A stretch of DNA of 64,000 nucleotides from Candidatus Bathyarchaeota archaeon (lineage in GTDB: Archaea > Thermoproteota > Bathyarchaeia > 40CM-2-53-6). The notes below the pieces were generated by a model. That model had not been told where the DNA came from, ran no database searches, and worked only from the letters and a program-made list of their open reading frames with translations. Shown piece by piece: positions 25,488 to 36,296 of this stretch (position 1 is its first letter; every line of letters begins with the position of its first letter). The translations under genes and the position numbers were made by a program. The DNA lies in the NCBI GenBank assembly GCA_963733055.1, contig CAVTBR010000002.1:352001-416000 (forward strand). The letters are read 5' to 3'.

Positions 25488-26165
25488 CTAGAAACGAAAT
25501 CCCGTCAATCTTCTCAGCCAAAAGAGAACGATCGGCATGTACCATAGGTAGATTCTGACGGGGTTGCCTAGAATCACGTAGGAGAAGACAGGTGCTGCAG
25601 AGATCAGCATGATTCCAGCTAAGATGAACATTAGATTTCTACCGTTCTTGTATAGCCTTAACAGGCGTGGGGCCCGCAATTTGGATTCTTTCTGCTCCAG
25701 AATCCAGTAGAAGAGCCCGAGCACTAGCAGCAATCCAAAGAGGTCAACAGTAAACAGAGTAGCTGCATAATTGCGAATTGCAAGATTCTCCGCAACGGTA
25801 AGCGAGGAATTAGAGAGCTCGACGGCGTTCAACAGGAAGGGGATTAGCGCGACTAAAAGTAGCATTACTACATTGAGCACCATGACTAACCTCGTCTCGA
25901 TGGGCAACACGGACATGGACGCCGTGTAGTTGATCCATATAGTAATCAGAATCAAGAATGCAAAGACAAACACGAGTATGTGGCTATTAATTTCCGAATT
26001 GGTGCTGGGCGGACTTACGACCAGAGATAAAGCGCCTAAAGAAAGCGAAAGCCCAAAAACCAGGTCAGCGAGCCCTTCAATCCTAGGCCGAGGAGGACGC
26101 TCTTTGAACTTCTGGGGCATGCGACCGTCATACTCTTGCCTTTCTCTAAACAGTTTCCTATTCAT
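25488..26165 (-). CDS. TMEM175 (DUF1211) family potassium channel
   Basis: RIEGLADLVFGLSLSL TM1 motif, six TM helices; probable start MNRK at 26165 (track ORF extends to 26402). Confidence 0.8.
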   Translation of the reverse strand: MNRKLFRERQEYDGRMPQKFKERPPRPRIEGLADLVFGLSLSLGALSLVVSPPSTNSEINSHILVFVFAFLILITIWINYTASMSVLPIETRLVMVLNVVMLLLVALIPFLLNAVELSNSSLTVAENLAIRNYAATLFTVDLFGLLLVLGLFYWILEQKESKLRAPRLLRLYKNGRNLMFILAGIMLISAAPVFSYVILGNPVRIYLWYMPIVLFWLRRLTGFRF

Positions 26166-26421
26166 AGTGCTAAGCAATACAGAAATCCAAATCCTGCAAG
26201 TAGGACGTAGTTTCTGGGATGTCGGAGAGTTGACATTGTATCGAACGTTGTTTTCCGAGAGGCGGGGTCGTGATAAAAGGATGATCTCAGGGGTTTCTAC
26301 GGCGTCGCGGACGAGGTTTGCTGTATTGCGAGTGTTCCGATGAAATTGCTCATGGCCTGTCTGGAGGGCTAATCGGCAGATCCTGCCGAAACTGAAGCAC
26401 ACTAATCATAAGTAGTGCAAC

Positions 26422-26808
26422 GTGAAGATTCCGGGTGGAATTGAATTGAGGCATATCAAGAAGCCGTGGGGGTCGTTTGACGAGTATGCGTTGAATGAAC
26501 GTTCGACGGTTAAGATACTCACAATAAACCCTGGCGCGAGGACAAGCTTACAATCACATCGACATAGGAAGGAATTGTGGGTGGCCCTTGACAAAGGCAT
26601 TCGGGTTGAGGTCGGAAAAGAAAGAGTACGGTTACGGAAAGGATCGAACATCTTAGCGAAGAGCGGAACGAAACACCGACTTGAATGCGAAGGAAGGTCA
26701 GCAGTTCGGATCCTGGAAATTTCATTTGGAGTTTTCGCTGAGAAGGACATTGTAAGGTATGAAGATGATTACGGCCGCGTTACCGGAAGAGGGTCACGTA
26801 AACGCTGA
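26422..26808 (+). CDS. Type II mannose-6-phosphate isomerase-like cupin
   Basis: KPWG, SLQSHRHRKELW, HRL, DIVRYEDDYGR. Confidence 0.9.
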   Translation: MKIPGGIELRHIKKPWGSFDEYALNERSTVKILTINPGARTSLQSHRHRKELWVALDKGIRVEVGKERVRLRKGSNILAKSGTKHRLECEGRSAVRILEISFGVFAEKDIVRYEDDYGRVTGRGSRKR

Positions 26809-27130
26809 ATAAAACTCCTGAGTAACAGTATACTTCCAGGCAAGTTCTTCGAAAACCGCTCTCATCCTCTGACTGTGCCCACACCGCCATCAGTCAGGTT
26901 CGCCTAAAGCCCAGCCAATTCAATATTCGAATAGATTGACAAGTATCGCAATCCCGCCTCAAAACGGGAATGCTCTTCCTTTGAGGTTTGCGTGATCGTC
27001 GTATACTGGTATGACTCGTTCTGTTCAACCTCCTCGATTTGGAGGAGAATATTCCTGCCCTGGCCTCATATCAAGCGGCCTAACGTTAATTTGTGACTGA
27101 CTGAAGACCAACAATTAGGGGGGTACATGT

Positions 27131-27646
27131 TTGAGCCAACGGCGAAAGATTCGATTAAAAATGAAGAGCCCTGTCGAATCAGATAGAGTGTTCAAGCGGA
27201 TACTTATCGCAGTGGACGGATCGGAGAGCTCTTTCAGGGCAGCAAGAGTTGCGGCTAGAGTGGCAAAACGCAATGGAGCCGAATTGCTGGTTGTTTCCGT
27301 GATTCAAACACCTGCCCACCCATTCATGCCAACACAGGCTTTGACTGCTCCAGGCTGGAACATCGACGGATTGGAGGGATACTATAAGTTCGCCACGAGG
27401 GACGCTCAAGAGTGGATTGACAAAGTCGCATCTATAGCAACACCGCTAGGAGTGAAAGTTCGTGAGAACGTTCTCAAAGGCGCTACTTCGGTAGTTCAGG
27501 CTTTAACAGACTACGCATCAAGTCAGGCGGTTGATCTCATAGTTGTCGGGAGAAAAGGGTCAGGCGGCTTCAGGAGACTCTTGCTCGGCAGCGTTTCGAG
27601 CGGAGTTGTGAATCACGCGGCTAGCTCAGTGCTGGTAGTAAGATGA
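27131..27646 (+). CDS. uspA: Universal stress protein
   Basis: ILIAVDGSESS...DLIVVGRKG...LLGSVS..VV..A..SVLVVR. Confidence 0.92.
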   Translation: MSQRRKIRLKMKSPVESDRVFKRILIAVDGSESSFRAARVAARVAKRNGAELLVVSVIQTPAHPFMPTQALTAPGWNIDGLEGYYKFATRDAQEWIDKVASIATPLGVKVRENVLKGATSVVQALTDYASSQAVDLIVVGRKGSGGFRRLLLGSVSSGVVNHAASSVLVVR

Positions 27647-27750
27647 CCGTCTCTTATTGGAGGTCAGCCTTTGGAAGGCTGAGGTAAGTCAAGGCATTCA
27701 TCCACTCACCTTTTGCAAGAGCTTTTTCTGTAAGACGATGTAAGTGTTGT

Positions 27751-29013
27751 GTGTTCGTTTTGTCCATAAGACTCGGCAGAATTATGGGGATCCCGATCAG
27801 GATCCACTACACGTTGTGGTTTGTTTTCATTCTAATCGCGTGGTCCTTGGCTGTAGGATATATGCCTCATGAGTATCCGGGGCTTGGCGCTGTGACGTAC
27901 TGGGCGATTGGTATTGCGTCGGCAATAATCCTATTCGCTTCCATCCTGGTTCACGAACTCTCCCATTCCTACATAGCTAAAAAGAATGGACTCCCGATCG
28001 CGCGAATCACACTCTTCTTCTTCGGTGGAGTCTCTGAGATTACCGAAGAGCCCCAGGATCCCAGCCTTGAGGTTCGTATGGCCGCTGCTGGTCCTCTGAT
28101 GAGTTTTCTGATCGCCGGCGTCCTGGGCGCTCTCTGGTACCTATGCGAATCCATCAAGGCACCGATTCCGATTGTGGCCACGCTCGGCTATGCTGCTTTG
28201 ATTAATGCGTTGTTGGGGGCGTTCAACTTGGTACCAGCGTTTCCGTTGGACGGAGGTAGGGTTTTTCGAGGAAGCATCTGGAAGCATTCAAACAATCTGG
28301 TCGGTGCTACCAAAACAGCGACGCGTGTTAGCGAGGGCATATCCTTGTTAATGATGTTTGGAGGATTCGTGTTCATAATCCTCGGAGATTTCATTGATGG
28401 CATTTGGATCATCGTACTCGGTTGGTTCATCAAGTCAGGCGCAGAAACTAGCCTCCGGCAGACGCTTGTTGGGGAATCGCTAGGGGGCGTTACGGTTGCG
28501 GACATCATGACTAGGGACGTCTTGACTGTTCCACCGAATATTACGGTCCAGCAGCTCGTTTCAGATTACTTGCTAGTTCACCGCCATGGAGGCTACCCCG
28601 TCGTAAGGGATGGTGAGGTTTTGGGCTTAGTTACCTTGCAGTCCGTGCGAGCCATTCCGAAGGAGAAGAGAGACTTTGAGACCGTTCAACAGGCGATGGT
28701 TCCAGCCGAGCGAACTCTGACGGTAAAGCCATCGGCGAGCGCGCTTGACGCTATGCACAAGATGGCGAGCAATAAGGTTGGACGAGTATTAGTGGTTGAT
28801 CAGGGACGACTACTAGGCGTCGTGACTCGGGAGGACGTGATGAGGACTGTTCAAACTAGACAGGAACTCGAGTTGGGCCCTAGTCGACCTTCCTTCGGTA
28901 TGGGATCTGCTCAATTCCCTCGAATCCAAGCGGGACACTGCGTTCAATGTGGTGTCCTGTTGCCAGCTAATGTCAAATTCTGCCCCGAATGCGGTACCAA
29001 ACAAGCACCATAA
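27751..29013 (+). CDS. M50 site-2 protease with tandem CBS domains and Zn ribbon
   Basis: HELSH and NLVPAFPLDGG; CBS pair; CVQCG...CPECG. Confidence 0.93.
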   Translation: MFVLSIRLGRIMGIPIRIHYTLWFVFILIAWSLAVGYMPHEYPGLGAVTYWAIGIASAIILFASILVHELSHSYIAKKNGLPIARITLFFFGGVSEITEEPQDPSLEVRMAAAGPLMSFLIAGVLGALWYLCESIKAPIPIVATLGYAALINALLGAFNLVPAFPLDGGRVFRGSIWKHSNNLVGATKTATRVSEGISLLMMFGGFVFIILGDFIDGIWIIVLGWFIKSGAETSLRQTLVGESLGGVTVADIMTRDVLTVPPNITVQQLVSDYLLVHRHGGYPVVRDGEVLGLVTLQSVRAIPKEKRDFETVQQAMVPAERTLTVKPSASALDAMHKMASNKVGRVLVVDQGRLLGVVTREDVMRTVQTRQELELGPSRPSFGMGSAQFPRIQAGHCVQCGVLLPANVKFCPECGTKQAP

Positions 29014-29091
29014 CCACCACACGCCCGTGAGCCAACTCTCGTGAACCTCTTTCCCTGAAAAGGTGAAGGTTAAGTCTCCTCAAGATGATAT

Positions 29092-29400
29092 ATGGACAGA
29101 CAACGGGCAACATTATTGATAACTGAACAGGATGCAATACGCAATGCTATCGCGGCCTTCACCACGCTCCATGCCGAGGCTCAATACAGGGCCGGAGTTC
29201 GTGGGTTAGACCGCGGAGAATTGAACCTGAATGATATGAAATGCGTTCAGCGCGAGGACGGTGCTTGGATATGCACGCTCCCTCACCATCACTTGCCTCT
29301 AATGAATTTGGTCTACGAATTCTCCTACACCGTCAAGGACGACTTAGGAAGAGCCGAATATTCATGCAAGAACGCCAGCCTACCGGAGTCGAGCAAGTAG
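29092..29400 (+). CDS. Hypothetical protein (102 aa)
   Basis: ATG with GGTTAAG TATA-like box about 25 nt upstream. Confidence 0.55.
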   Translation: MDRQRATLLITEQDAIRNAIAAFTTLHAEAQYRAGVRGLDRGELNLNDMKCVQREDGAWICTLPHHHLPLMNLVYEFSYTVKDDLGRAEYSCKNASLPESSK

Positions 29401-29784
29401 ACGGGTAATCCTCTGAGCGCAAGCTGGTCTTATGGCACAGCCAATATAGGATATTCTGGTTGCTGTTGCTGGATACACTGATCCAGCGACAGGCAAGAGA
29501 GACAATGTGCTTGAAACGGTTATTCGCAGTTTCGTAATACCTTTCTATGAATGTCTCAAGCTGTTAATTGAGAGCCTATGTCGAATGATCGAAGCGTGAA
29601 GGCAAACCTGGATGAGAGGGTGCCGAGTGCGAAGTTAGATGCCCTCATGAGGGCATGCAGAGAATTCAAGAGGCAAGATCTCTACAAACCGTTGAGTTAT
29701 ATTCTTAATCTGAACGTCAGGTGGTTGAGTAAGAATCTGGAGACATCATTGATGCAAAAACCTAGGCCACCCTTTTGAAGTCTT

Positions 29785-31092
29785 TTGCCTGTGCAATATG
29801 AATTGTCGGAGAGAAATTCTCTCGATCGGCACGCGGCTCTATCGGATAACGCGTCACCATCCCGGTTCTCGGGAGCACTTTCCCCTTCGTTGGGTAGCCA
29901 AAGGTATCACATTGAAACCACGCTCAAAGACCGGGTCATTCGTAATGGAGTTTCGAAGAGTAGACTAGGGGGCCGTCCCTCCAGTCTTCAACGCCTCGGG
30001 ATTGCGAGGGAAGACATTTGGAACCTTACCGCCCACGGGCTCACTAACGCCCAAGTGGCGAAACGTCTCACCAACTCCAAGGGAAGAATTAGCGTTCGAA
30101 CGGTGGCAAAATATCTTTCCGAAATGCCACATGATTACGCGGTTCGCCTAGATGATTTCGACGCGATGCCAGAGGTAGAGGAGTTAAGGAATTGGATTAA
30201 CTCCAGGTATTCGACTGCGAACAACGCAGATAACATCATCTCACGCCTGAAGAGAATATGGAAAGCCTGCTGGCGTAAGCCCCTTGAAAGCGTAGACGAG
30301 AACGACATAGTGAAAGCCGTCGCCTGGATCAGAGAGAAGCACCCAGACGGTCAATTCGATTGGATATTGTCGATTCGCTACATGATCCGGTCCGGGATCG
30401 GACAACCTTACTGGTTAACGAAACATTTAGACACTAGGGGGAAGAAACGACCGCCCCGAACGCTCGCGATTCTGAATTCCCCAGACTTCTTTGATAAGAC
30501 GCTGCCTTTGATTTACTCTGAAATAGACAAACTCACGTACCTTTCTCAAAGGCAAAGGAACGAACTACGGCTAGTTCTGCTGCTGAAAGCCACAACGGGG
30601 ATTCGAACTGGAGCAATGATACGTAGGCGAAAGCTCCTTGAACTGGAGTTGTGGGGAACTAGGTTAGGAGAGGGAAAGACAAACCTGCAGATTATCAACT
30701 GCCAGTTTGTCGATTGGATCGTAAGAGCGAAGAGGAATGAGACTTGGCATATCAAGTACATGCCCTCGAAAGTGATGCGTTTGTTACTCTCGCACGTGGC
30801 TAAGTATGGGATCGGACAGGGTGAACCGCTGATTCAGGAACTCAAGACGGTTCAAGCACTCAAGGCCCTGAAATGCATCTGTCGGAATCTAGCTTTGCCC
30901 AATCTGGTTCTGCACGACTTCCGAAAGGTCTACTTGACGGGGCTCTGTCTTTCGGGCATATCTCTTGAAACGGCTGTCGATCTCAATGTGGGCTGGAAAG
31001 ACCTGAACACAGCTAGAAACCATTACCTAGCTGTCAAAGCCATGAATGCCAATCAGGAATACGAGAAGTTCCAAAGGAGGTTCTTCAAATGA
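29785..31092 (+). CDS. Tyrosine recombinase/integrase with N-terminal HTH
   Basis: TGIR (R), LHDFRK (HxxR), VGW, HYL (catalytic Y). Confidence 0.88.
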   Translation: MPVQYELSERNSLDRHAALSDNASPSRFSGALSPSLGSQRYHIETTLKDRVIRNGVSKSRLGGRPSSLQRLGIAREDIWNLTAHGLTNAQVAKRLTNSKGRISVRTVAKYLSEMPHDYAVRLDDFDAMPEVEELRNWINSRYSTANNADNIISRLKRIWKACWRKPLESVDENDIVKAVAWIREKHPDGQFDWILSIRYMIRSGIGQPYWLTKHLDTRGKKRPPRTLAILNSPDFFDKTLPLIYSEIDKLTYLSQRQRNELRLVLLLKATTGIRTGAMIRRRKLLELELWGTRLGEGKTNLQIINCQFVDWIVRAKRNETWHIKYMPSKVMRLLLSHVAKYGIGQGEPLIQELKTVQALKALKCICRNLALPNLVLHDFRKVYLTGLCLSGISLETAVDLNVGWKDLNTARNHYLAVKAMNANQEYEKFQRRFFK

Positions 31093-31526
31093 ATTGGGAA
31101 TTGCGATTTCCAGGGCTTCCTCTCCTAATTCTTCTCTTAGGCGTCTGAGGTCGCCGCTTGAATGCTGGGAGAAGAAAACGATGAAGTCAGCTTGCCCTGG
31201 CTCTATCGACTCTTTGGTGGGCTGGTGAGGTTCCCTCTCTGTTGCCTCGAAAAATAAATTGGCAGAGAGTCACCATGAGATCTTCGATTCGGTTCATGCT
31301 TTCTCATTAAGTTGGCTACTGCAAGCGAAACGAACGCGGGCAACCGACGGGCCGCATTCTTCACGCATGTACGCTCTTAAACAACAGTAACACAAACTCC
31401 GTTATTAGACCAATAATAGTCAAAGTGGTCTTTCGAAGACGCTCATGCGAAGCATAGTCAGTAAACATTCTCACTCTAAAATCATCGGGGAAATAAAAGC
31501 CAGCCGCACCACGCGAAAGTTGTTAA

Positions 31527-32435
31527 CTAGACCGTGCCTTGCCCCGCCATTAGGATGAACGCATCTTCGAGCGTAGGCGGTAATGTCACCACATCGTCTA
31601 CCTCATAGCCACGCTTTGAAAGCAACTTCAAGTCGCTATCCTTGAAACCGAATATGGGATATATTTTGTAGCCTAGTGAAGTCTCTCTGACCAGACCACG
31701 TATTGAGTAAGATCGAAGGGCCTGTCTGAAAACTCTCTGCTTTCGTCCACGGACCTCCTTAATTGCCCCTGATTCACATCTCATCTTTAGCTCGTTGACA
31801 GTTCCTTGAGCTATGAACCTACCACTGCAGATAAACCCAACCCTGTCCGCAATAGCCTCAACATCGTCGGCAATGTGGCTAGTCATAATTATTGTGCGAT
31901 CTTCACCTTTCAGGTCCTCAATGATTTCTATCAGCTCACGTCTGAAAATCGGGTCGACTCCATATCCCGGCTCATCGAGGATCAGGAGTTGAGGGTCTGC
32001 AAGAAGGGTAATCATGATTTCCAGTTTCCTCCGCATGCCCGGCGAGTAATACCGAACCAGCTCTCTTGAACGCTCAAGCAATCCGATCCTCTTTAACAGT
32101 TCGCGGCCTCTTTCACGAACAAACGACCCCGGTAGTCCATAGATTCGACCGTAGAAGCTTAGATTCTCCTGAGCGGTGAGATAGAAAAGTACGCTGGACC
32201 ATTGCGGCAAATAACCTATACCGCTTAGACCGGGCATAACCTCTTTGTTGTCTATGAACACCTCGCCTTTTGTTGGTCTCATAACGCCGGCTATTATTGA
32301 GGCCAAAGTTGATTTCCCTGAACCATTCGGACCCATGATCGCAAAAGTTTCTCTCTCTGCGATAGTCAGACTAACCTCATCCAGTACCAGTTTGTCGCGA
32401 AAGCTCTTCGAGACGTCGACTATCGAGAGATTCAT
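31527..32435 (-). CDS. ABC exporter ATP-binding subunit (TOMM cluster)
   Basis: GPNGSGKST, YSPGM, LLILDEP, SH. Confidence 0.93.
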   Translation of the reverse strand: MNLSIVDVSKSFRDKLVLDEVSLTIAERETFAIMGPNGSGKSTLASIIAGVMRPTKGEVFIDNKEVMPGLSGIGYLPQWSSVLFYLTAQENLSFYGRIYGLPGSFVRERGRELLKRIGLLERSRELVRYYSPGMRRKLEIMITLLADPQLLILDEPGYGVDPIFRRELIEIIEDLKGEDRTIIMTSHIADDVEAIADRVGFICSGRFIAQGTVNELKMRCESGAIKEVRGRKQRVFRQALRSYSIRGLVRETSLGYKIYPIFGFKDSDLKLLSKRGYEVDDVVTLPPTLEDAFILMAGQGTV

Positions 32436-33088
32436 TCGTATCTCGTCTTCATCTGGAGATGAATGAGTAGATTATATAGGGCATGAGCGAAACTCGAAAC
32501 TATGAAACTGCCGGAGAGAATGAATAAAATCGAGTAGAACCAGCCGTCAATTGTCTTGAATAGGATTTCCTTCACGCCGAAAACGTAGTGTATTGTTCCA
32601 AAACTCAACGCGGACAATATCAGGGAAAGGATTGTCGGCACGTGAAGGCTTAGAAGAGCGGTGATGAACGTTCCCCTCCAGAGGAATTCCTCCATAACAG
32701 GGGTAATCATTACCGTCAATGTTTGGTTTTTCTGCGGATAGTATGTTACATGTCTGATGTTTTGTTCACAGACTGGTAATTGAGCTCGCACGACGCAATA
32801 GAGGAGAAATAACAGGGCTCCAACGATTAAGCCAACAGGTATCCAGAGAGGTAGCGTCGGCTCTAAACCAATTATTGATAGAAATTGGTTGCTGGAAAGC
32901 GCGATTGAACTCAACAGCATCAATGGAATCATCAAAATCATGTGAATTAGGACTGAATGCGTGAACAAGATCTTCAGCACTCTTGTGATAGGGAGTCCGA
33001 TGAGGCTCAAGCTCAATTTGATGGATTGGAAGCTAGTCCAACTGTATGCTGGAAAAGCGAGCAAGACGAAAATTATAGTAGGATTCAT
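32432..33088 (-). CDS. CPBP/Abi (CAAX-like) intramembrane metalloprotease, SagE-like
   Basis: EEFLWRG, FGTIH and HALYN motifs. Confidence 0.9.
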   Translation of the reverse strand: MNPTIIFVLLAFPAYSWTSFQSIKLSLSLIGLPITRVLKILFTHSVLIHMILMIPLMLLSSIALSSNQFLSIIGLEPTLPLWIPVGLIVGALLFLLYCVVRAQLPVCEQNIRHVTYYPQKNQTLTVMITPVMEEFLWRGTFITALLSLHVPTILSLILSALSFGTIHYVFGVKEILFKTIDGWFYSILFILSGSFIVSSFAHALYNLLIHLQMKTRYE

Positions 33089-33099
33089 GCTTGATACGA

Positions 33100-34386
33100 C
33101 TAAGGATATGGGTGTGGCATAGTATTCTTCGATCCGCTCAGTCGAGGATTACCAAGAAACGGACTGGATGGAAGGCACAGCGACACTAGCTGTGGGCAGA
33201 AGACTTTGACGACTTTGTAGCCTGTGTCTTCGAGACCGGGAAGCGTGGAGTCGAAGACAAGTGCCTCGGTATTCGCATTCCTTAGTTGTTGAGCTACCGC
33301 CGTCAAATCGCGCTCTGCATCTCCACAACTATAAGTTTTCAGCTCGTTAAGCTCTACGCTTCTGCATGAATGCAGAAGAAATGAAAGGTGTTCAAAGTTT
33401 TGCGGTCGCGCATAGAAAACACCGTTCAACTCAAAGTCAAAGAGTCTCTCGGGGTCTATTCGCTCATTATGATGAATGAGGTTCTGTGCTTTGGCGAATG
33501 GAATACTTTGTGCAGCTTCCAGTAACGACTTGTAACAAGTCTCGATGGGATCAAGACTGGCAGAACCCGCCACTAACGCGTTTGGAAGAAGAAATTGTTC
33601 GTTCAAGACGCATGACATAGTTACATACATGTTGGGTAACGCAGAGGAAAGCAGAAATAACTTGTACTGGAACCCTTTGTTTCCAATCCGCTTCAGGATC
33701 CCGTGCAATTCCTGTGTGTGTTCAAAGTTAAGACTTGGGGGGCTCTCCTTACAATACCACGTCCTCATGACAGCATCGCGTTCAATCGCCTCACAGAGGC
33801 CCTTTAAAGTCGCCGAGGAATAGGAACGAGCTGCGGCAGCTCCAGAAGACGTCGTTGGAGAGATTAGCGGTTCTCCGGCTGCCCTTTTGTATCCCAAGTA
33901 GATTAGTTGCGCAGGAACATAGACTTCCCGCTCTGAAACCAACGATAATCCTTTAACCCAGCCTAAGAGAGTGTCGTTTCTAGCACGACGAAATGGAAAG
34001 TCAGGATAGGCGTATTGCGTTTCTGAGAACAATGGGATCATTTCGGGGGAAATTGCGTTTTCTGCTTTCTCGGTCAGTTTATCGTACGTCGAAAATAAGA
34101 TGCAGTCGTGAACTGCTTCGCAGTAGTTCAAAAGGCTGTACCGCTCAAGAAGTTCGCCCATGGCTCGTCGAATGGCTTCCCGTAGTGAGACCCCCGCACC
34201 GCCACACCGTAACGATCCAGCGGCTTTCTGAGTTTCGCTCTCTTCAATAACGACATTGAAAATGTCAGGATCATCGAAGTCTAAGAGAACTTCAAATAGG
34301 CCCTTTCCTAAGCCTGTATATTCTCCAATCAGGCGGAGAAGGGGCTGACTGCGAAAATCATCATTCTTATTGATCGTTATTTGCAC
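33100..34386 (-). CDS. ycaO: YcaO cyclodehydratase (SagD-like)
   Basis: GELLERYS, TSSGAAA, EAIERDA ATP-binding motifs; C-terminal PHPYP typical of azoline-forming YcaO; probable GTG start at 34386. Confidence 0.93.
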   Translation of the reverse strand: MQITINKNDDFRSQPLLRLIGEYTGLGKGLFEVLLDFDDPDIFNVVIEESETQKAAGSLRCGGAGVSLREAIRRAMGELLERYSLLNYCEAVHDCILFSTYDKLTEKAENAISPEMIPLFSETQYAYPDFPFRRARNDTLLGWVKGLSLVSEREVYVPAQLIYLGYKRAAGEPLISPTTSSGAAAARSYSSATLKGLCEAIERDAVMRTWYCKESPPSLNFEHTQELHGILKRIGNKGFQYKLFLLSSALPNMYVTMSCVLNEQFLLPNALVAGSASLDPIETCYKSLLEAAQSIPFAKAQNLIHHNERIDPERLFDFELNGVFYARPQNFEHLSFLLHSCRSVELNELKTYSCGDAERDLTAVAQQLRNANTEALVFDSTLPGLEDTGYKVVKVFCPQLVSLCLPSSPFLGNPRLSGSKNTMPHPYP

Positions 34387-35374
34387 TCTTGTCTTCCTCA
34401 ACGATATCCAAAAGTCGTCTGAGAGAGGTGTGCAGTTTATGGGTAGGCGTTTCCTGTTGAGCTTCACGACAAGCCGCGCATCGTGGAATCTTGAACACAT
34501 CATCAATTTCGAAGGTTTGTGTCGGCAAGTGAATGAACAAACCCTTCCCAGCTAGTTGGCCTCCACGACCACCCATGATATTGATTGCTTCAGCACCAAT
34601 GAAACCTGATACAAGGTCAACCAGTGCCGGAGGTATGTAGTTGGAGGTAGACCTCGTTGAGAGAGCCTCTTTCAGTTTAAGATACGCCGCCATTTCATGG
34701 ATCGGAAGTGTGGATTCCAAACTTCCCTCGAAACAAACATAGCAAGCTGTCTCTCGTGGGATAAACGTCGTAGCAAATGCACAAGTTCCATCGAATGCTG
34801 CAAGGCTCCACATTATCCTCCTCTCGAGACATATTGCATTGATTTTCTTGTACAAGCTTGGCTGGGGCTGGTCTGAGAGCGTGAGCACATAATCTACGTC
34901 CTCCACTGAATCGGTTTCGATGCTAGATTGGGAAGCCCTAACTTTGATGTTCATCGATACGAATTGTTTTGCCACGTTTCTACTAAGCAACCCGTTCCCG
35001 ATAATTAGTGGCCTAGATTGTAGTAATTTACGACTAAAGACATCAAAGAACGGAACAACACTATCATGATTAGCGTCCGTAGGCTCATTTGTTACATCGA
35101 CCAACAGATTCTCCGCGCGCAGTCTTTCTACGATTTGTAGCACATCTTGGTCATTCACCTCAGCTACGATCTCCTCTATGGACTTAGTTCCATTCAAGAG
35201 CTTGATTGTTCTTGCCAGCTTCCCTTTCTTATCATCATCAACTAAGTTCACCATTCGCCCGTTCCATACGCCTTCTGCGATCAGAACCTCGTCGGGGTTG
35301 TAGTAAACTACGTTGGCCGACTTTCGTAGCATCCATTTCCCTTTCGAAATATCACTTTGGTTCACAGTCATCAC
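34367..35374 (-). CDS. TOMM E1-like leader-binding partner protein (SagC-like, RRE + ThiF-like)
   Basis: LLNGTKSIEEI..L...NLL RRE-like N-terminus; IIGNG; PRETACYVCF; PRCAAC. Confidence 0.88.
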   Translation of the reverse strand: MMTVNQSDISKGKWMLRKSANVVYYNPDEVLIAEGVWNGRMVNLVDDDKKGKLARTIKLLNGTKSIEEIVAEVNDQDVLQIVERLRAENLLVDVTNEPTDANHDSVVPFFDVFSRKLLQSRPLIIGNGLLSRNVAKQFVSMNIKVRASQSSIETDSVEDVDYVLTLSDQPQPSLYKKINAICLERRIMWSLAAFDGTCAFATTFIPRETACYVCFEGSLESTLPIHEMAAYLKLKEALSTRSTSNYIPPALVDLVSGFIGAEAINIMGGRGGQLAGKGLFIHLPTQTFEIDDVFKIPRCAACREAQQETPTHKLHTSLRRLLDIVEEDKSANNDQ

Positions 35375-36296
35375 TGCTTCCTACTACGACCGCATAGACA
35401 ACAGCTTCCTCGACTCCATCTAAAGAAAGAATGTCATTCACTTCATCATCGTAGAACCCACCTACCGCAACAGCTCCGAGGCCTAGCGACTCACTGACGA
35501 TGTAGATATTCTGAGCGAGATGCCCCGCCTCCTGCAGGACATATCGATAACCCCTTTCCCCATACTTCACTCTATTTCGAAGAAATGAGGCTGTAAGCAG
35601 CACTAAGAAACCCGCGTCGTCGATTAACGAAGACCCCGGCGGCAACGGGACAAATGACGCTATAAGTTCCCTTTGCCGCTGGTTCAAGAAGACGAGATTT
35701 GCTCTCGCCACGTCGTAGAAGTATAATCCTTGCGGAAGTCCATCGATATTGAGGACTGCGACATAAGTGTCAATAGGATAAAGCCCCCCCGCAGACGGAC
35801 ACGCGCGCAATGGCAAAGGTAACGTAATCTGGTTTCCTTCCCAAGGAACCGTCACGGGCAGAACCCCAGTTATGCCAGAGGTGTAGAACAACAACTTCGA
35901 AAGTTTGTCGAGTGGCACCCGAGACTTTCCAAATCGTCTCACGCTTCTTCTGGACTTCAACACATCTCCAACGCAAGCGGTTATCGTCATGTTCTGCATT
36001 GGTAGTGGGAACGATTTTCCCATTTTCCGATTTCCAGCAAAAGCCATTGAGGCCAGTCGTTCCGGTGATAAGAAGATCTGACTTGATGCTGCGAGGACAT
36101 TTGCTTGATACCGCCTGAGCTTAGTGTTCTCATGATAGAATTCGGCAATACTGTCCCGAACTCGGCGATTCTGAAACTGATTTGGAGGAAGTTCGTCCTG
36201 GGACAGACTTGACCTTCTTGATGTTAGTTGGGAAAAGAAATACTGCCCGAGCCCTATTCCTTTAGCGATTTTGGCCTTTGGACCAGTCCGGCTCAT
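35352..36296 (-). CDS. SagB/McbC-type FMN-dependent azoline dehydrogenase
   Basis: YHENTK, RRSVRRF, PSAGGLYP, KYGERGYRY..EAGH.AQN (catalytic KY intact). Confidence 0.93.
   Translation of the reverse strand: MSRTGPKAKIAKGIGLGQYFFSQLTSRRSSLSQDELPPNQFQNRRVRDSIAEFYHENTKLRRYQANVLAASSQIFLSPERLASMAFAGNRKMGKSFPLPMQNMTITACVGDVLKSRRSVRRFGKSRVPLDKLSKLLFYTSGITGVLPVTVPWEGNQITLPLPLRACPSAGGLYPIDTYVAVLNIDGLPQGLYFYDVARANLVFLNQRQRELIASFVPLPPGSSLIDDAGFLVLLTASFLRNRVKYGERGYRYVLQEAGHLAQNIYIVSESLGLGAVAVGGFYDDEVNDILSLDGVEEAVVYAVVVGSSDDCEPK

Noticed and set aside
33100-34386. YcaO as a TfuA-type thioamidation enzyme
   Set aside because: No TfuA or mcr genes; the PxP tail, E1-like partner and SagB indicate azole formation
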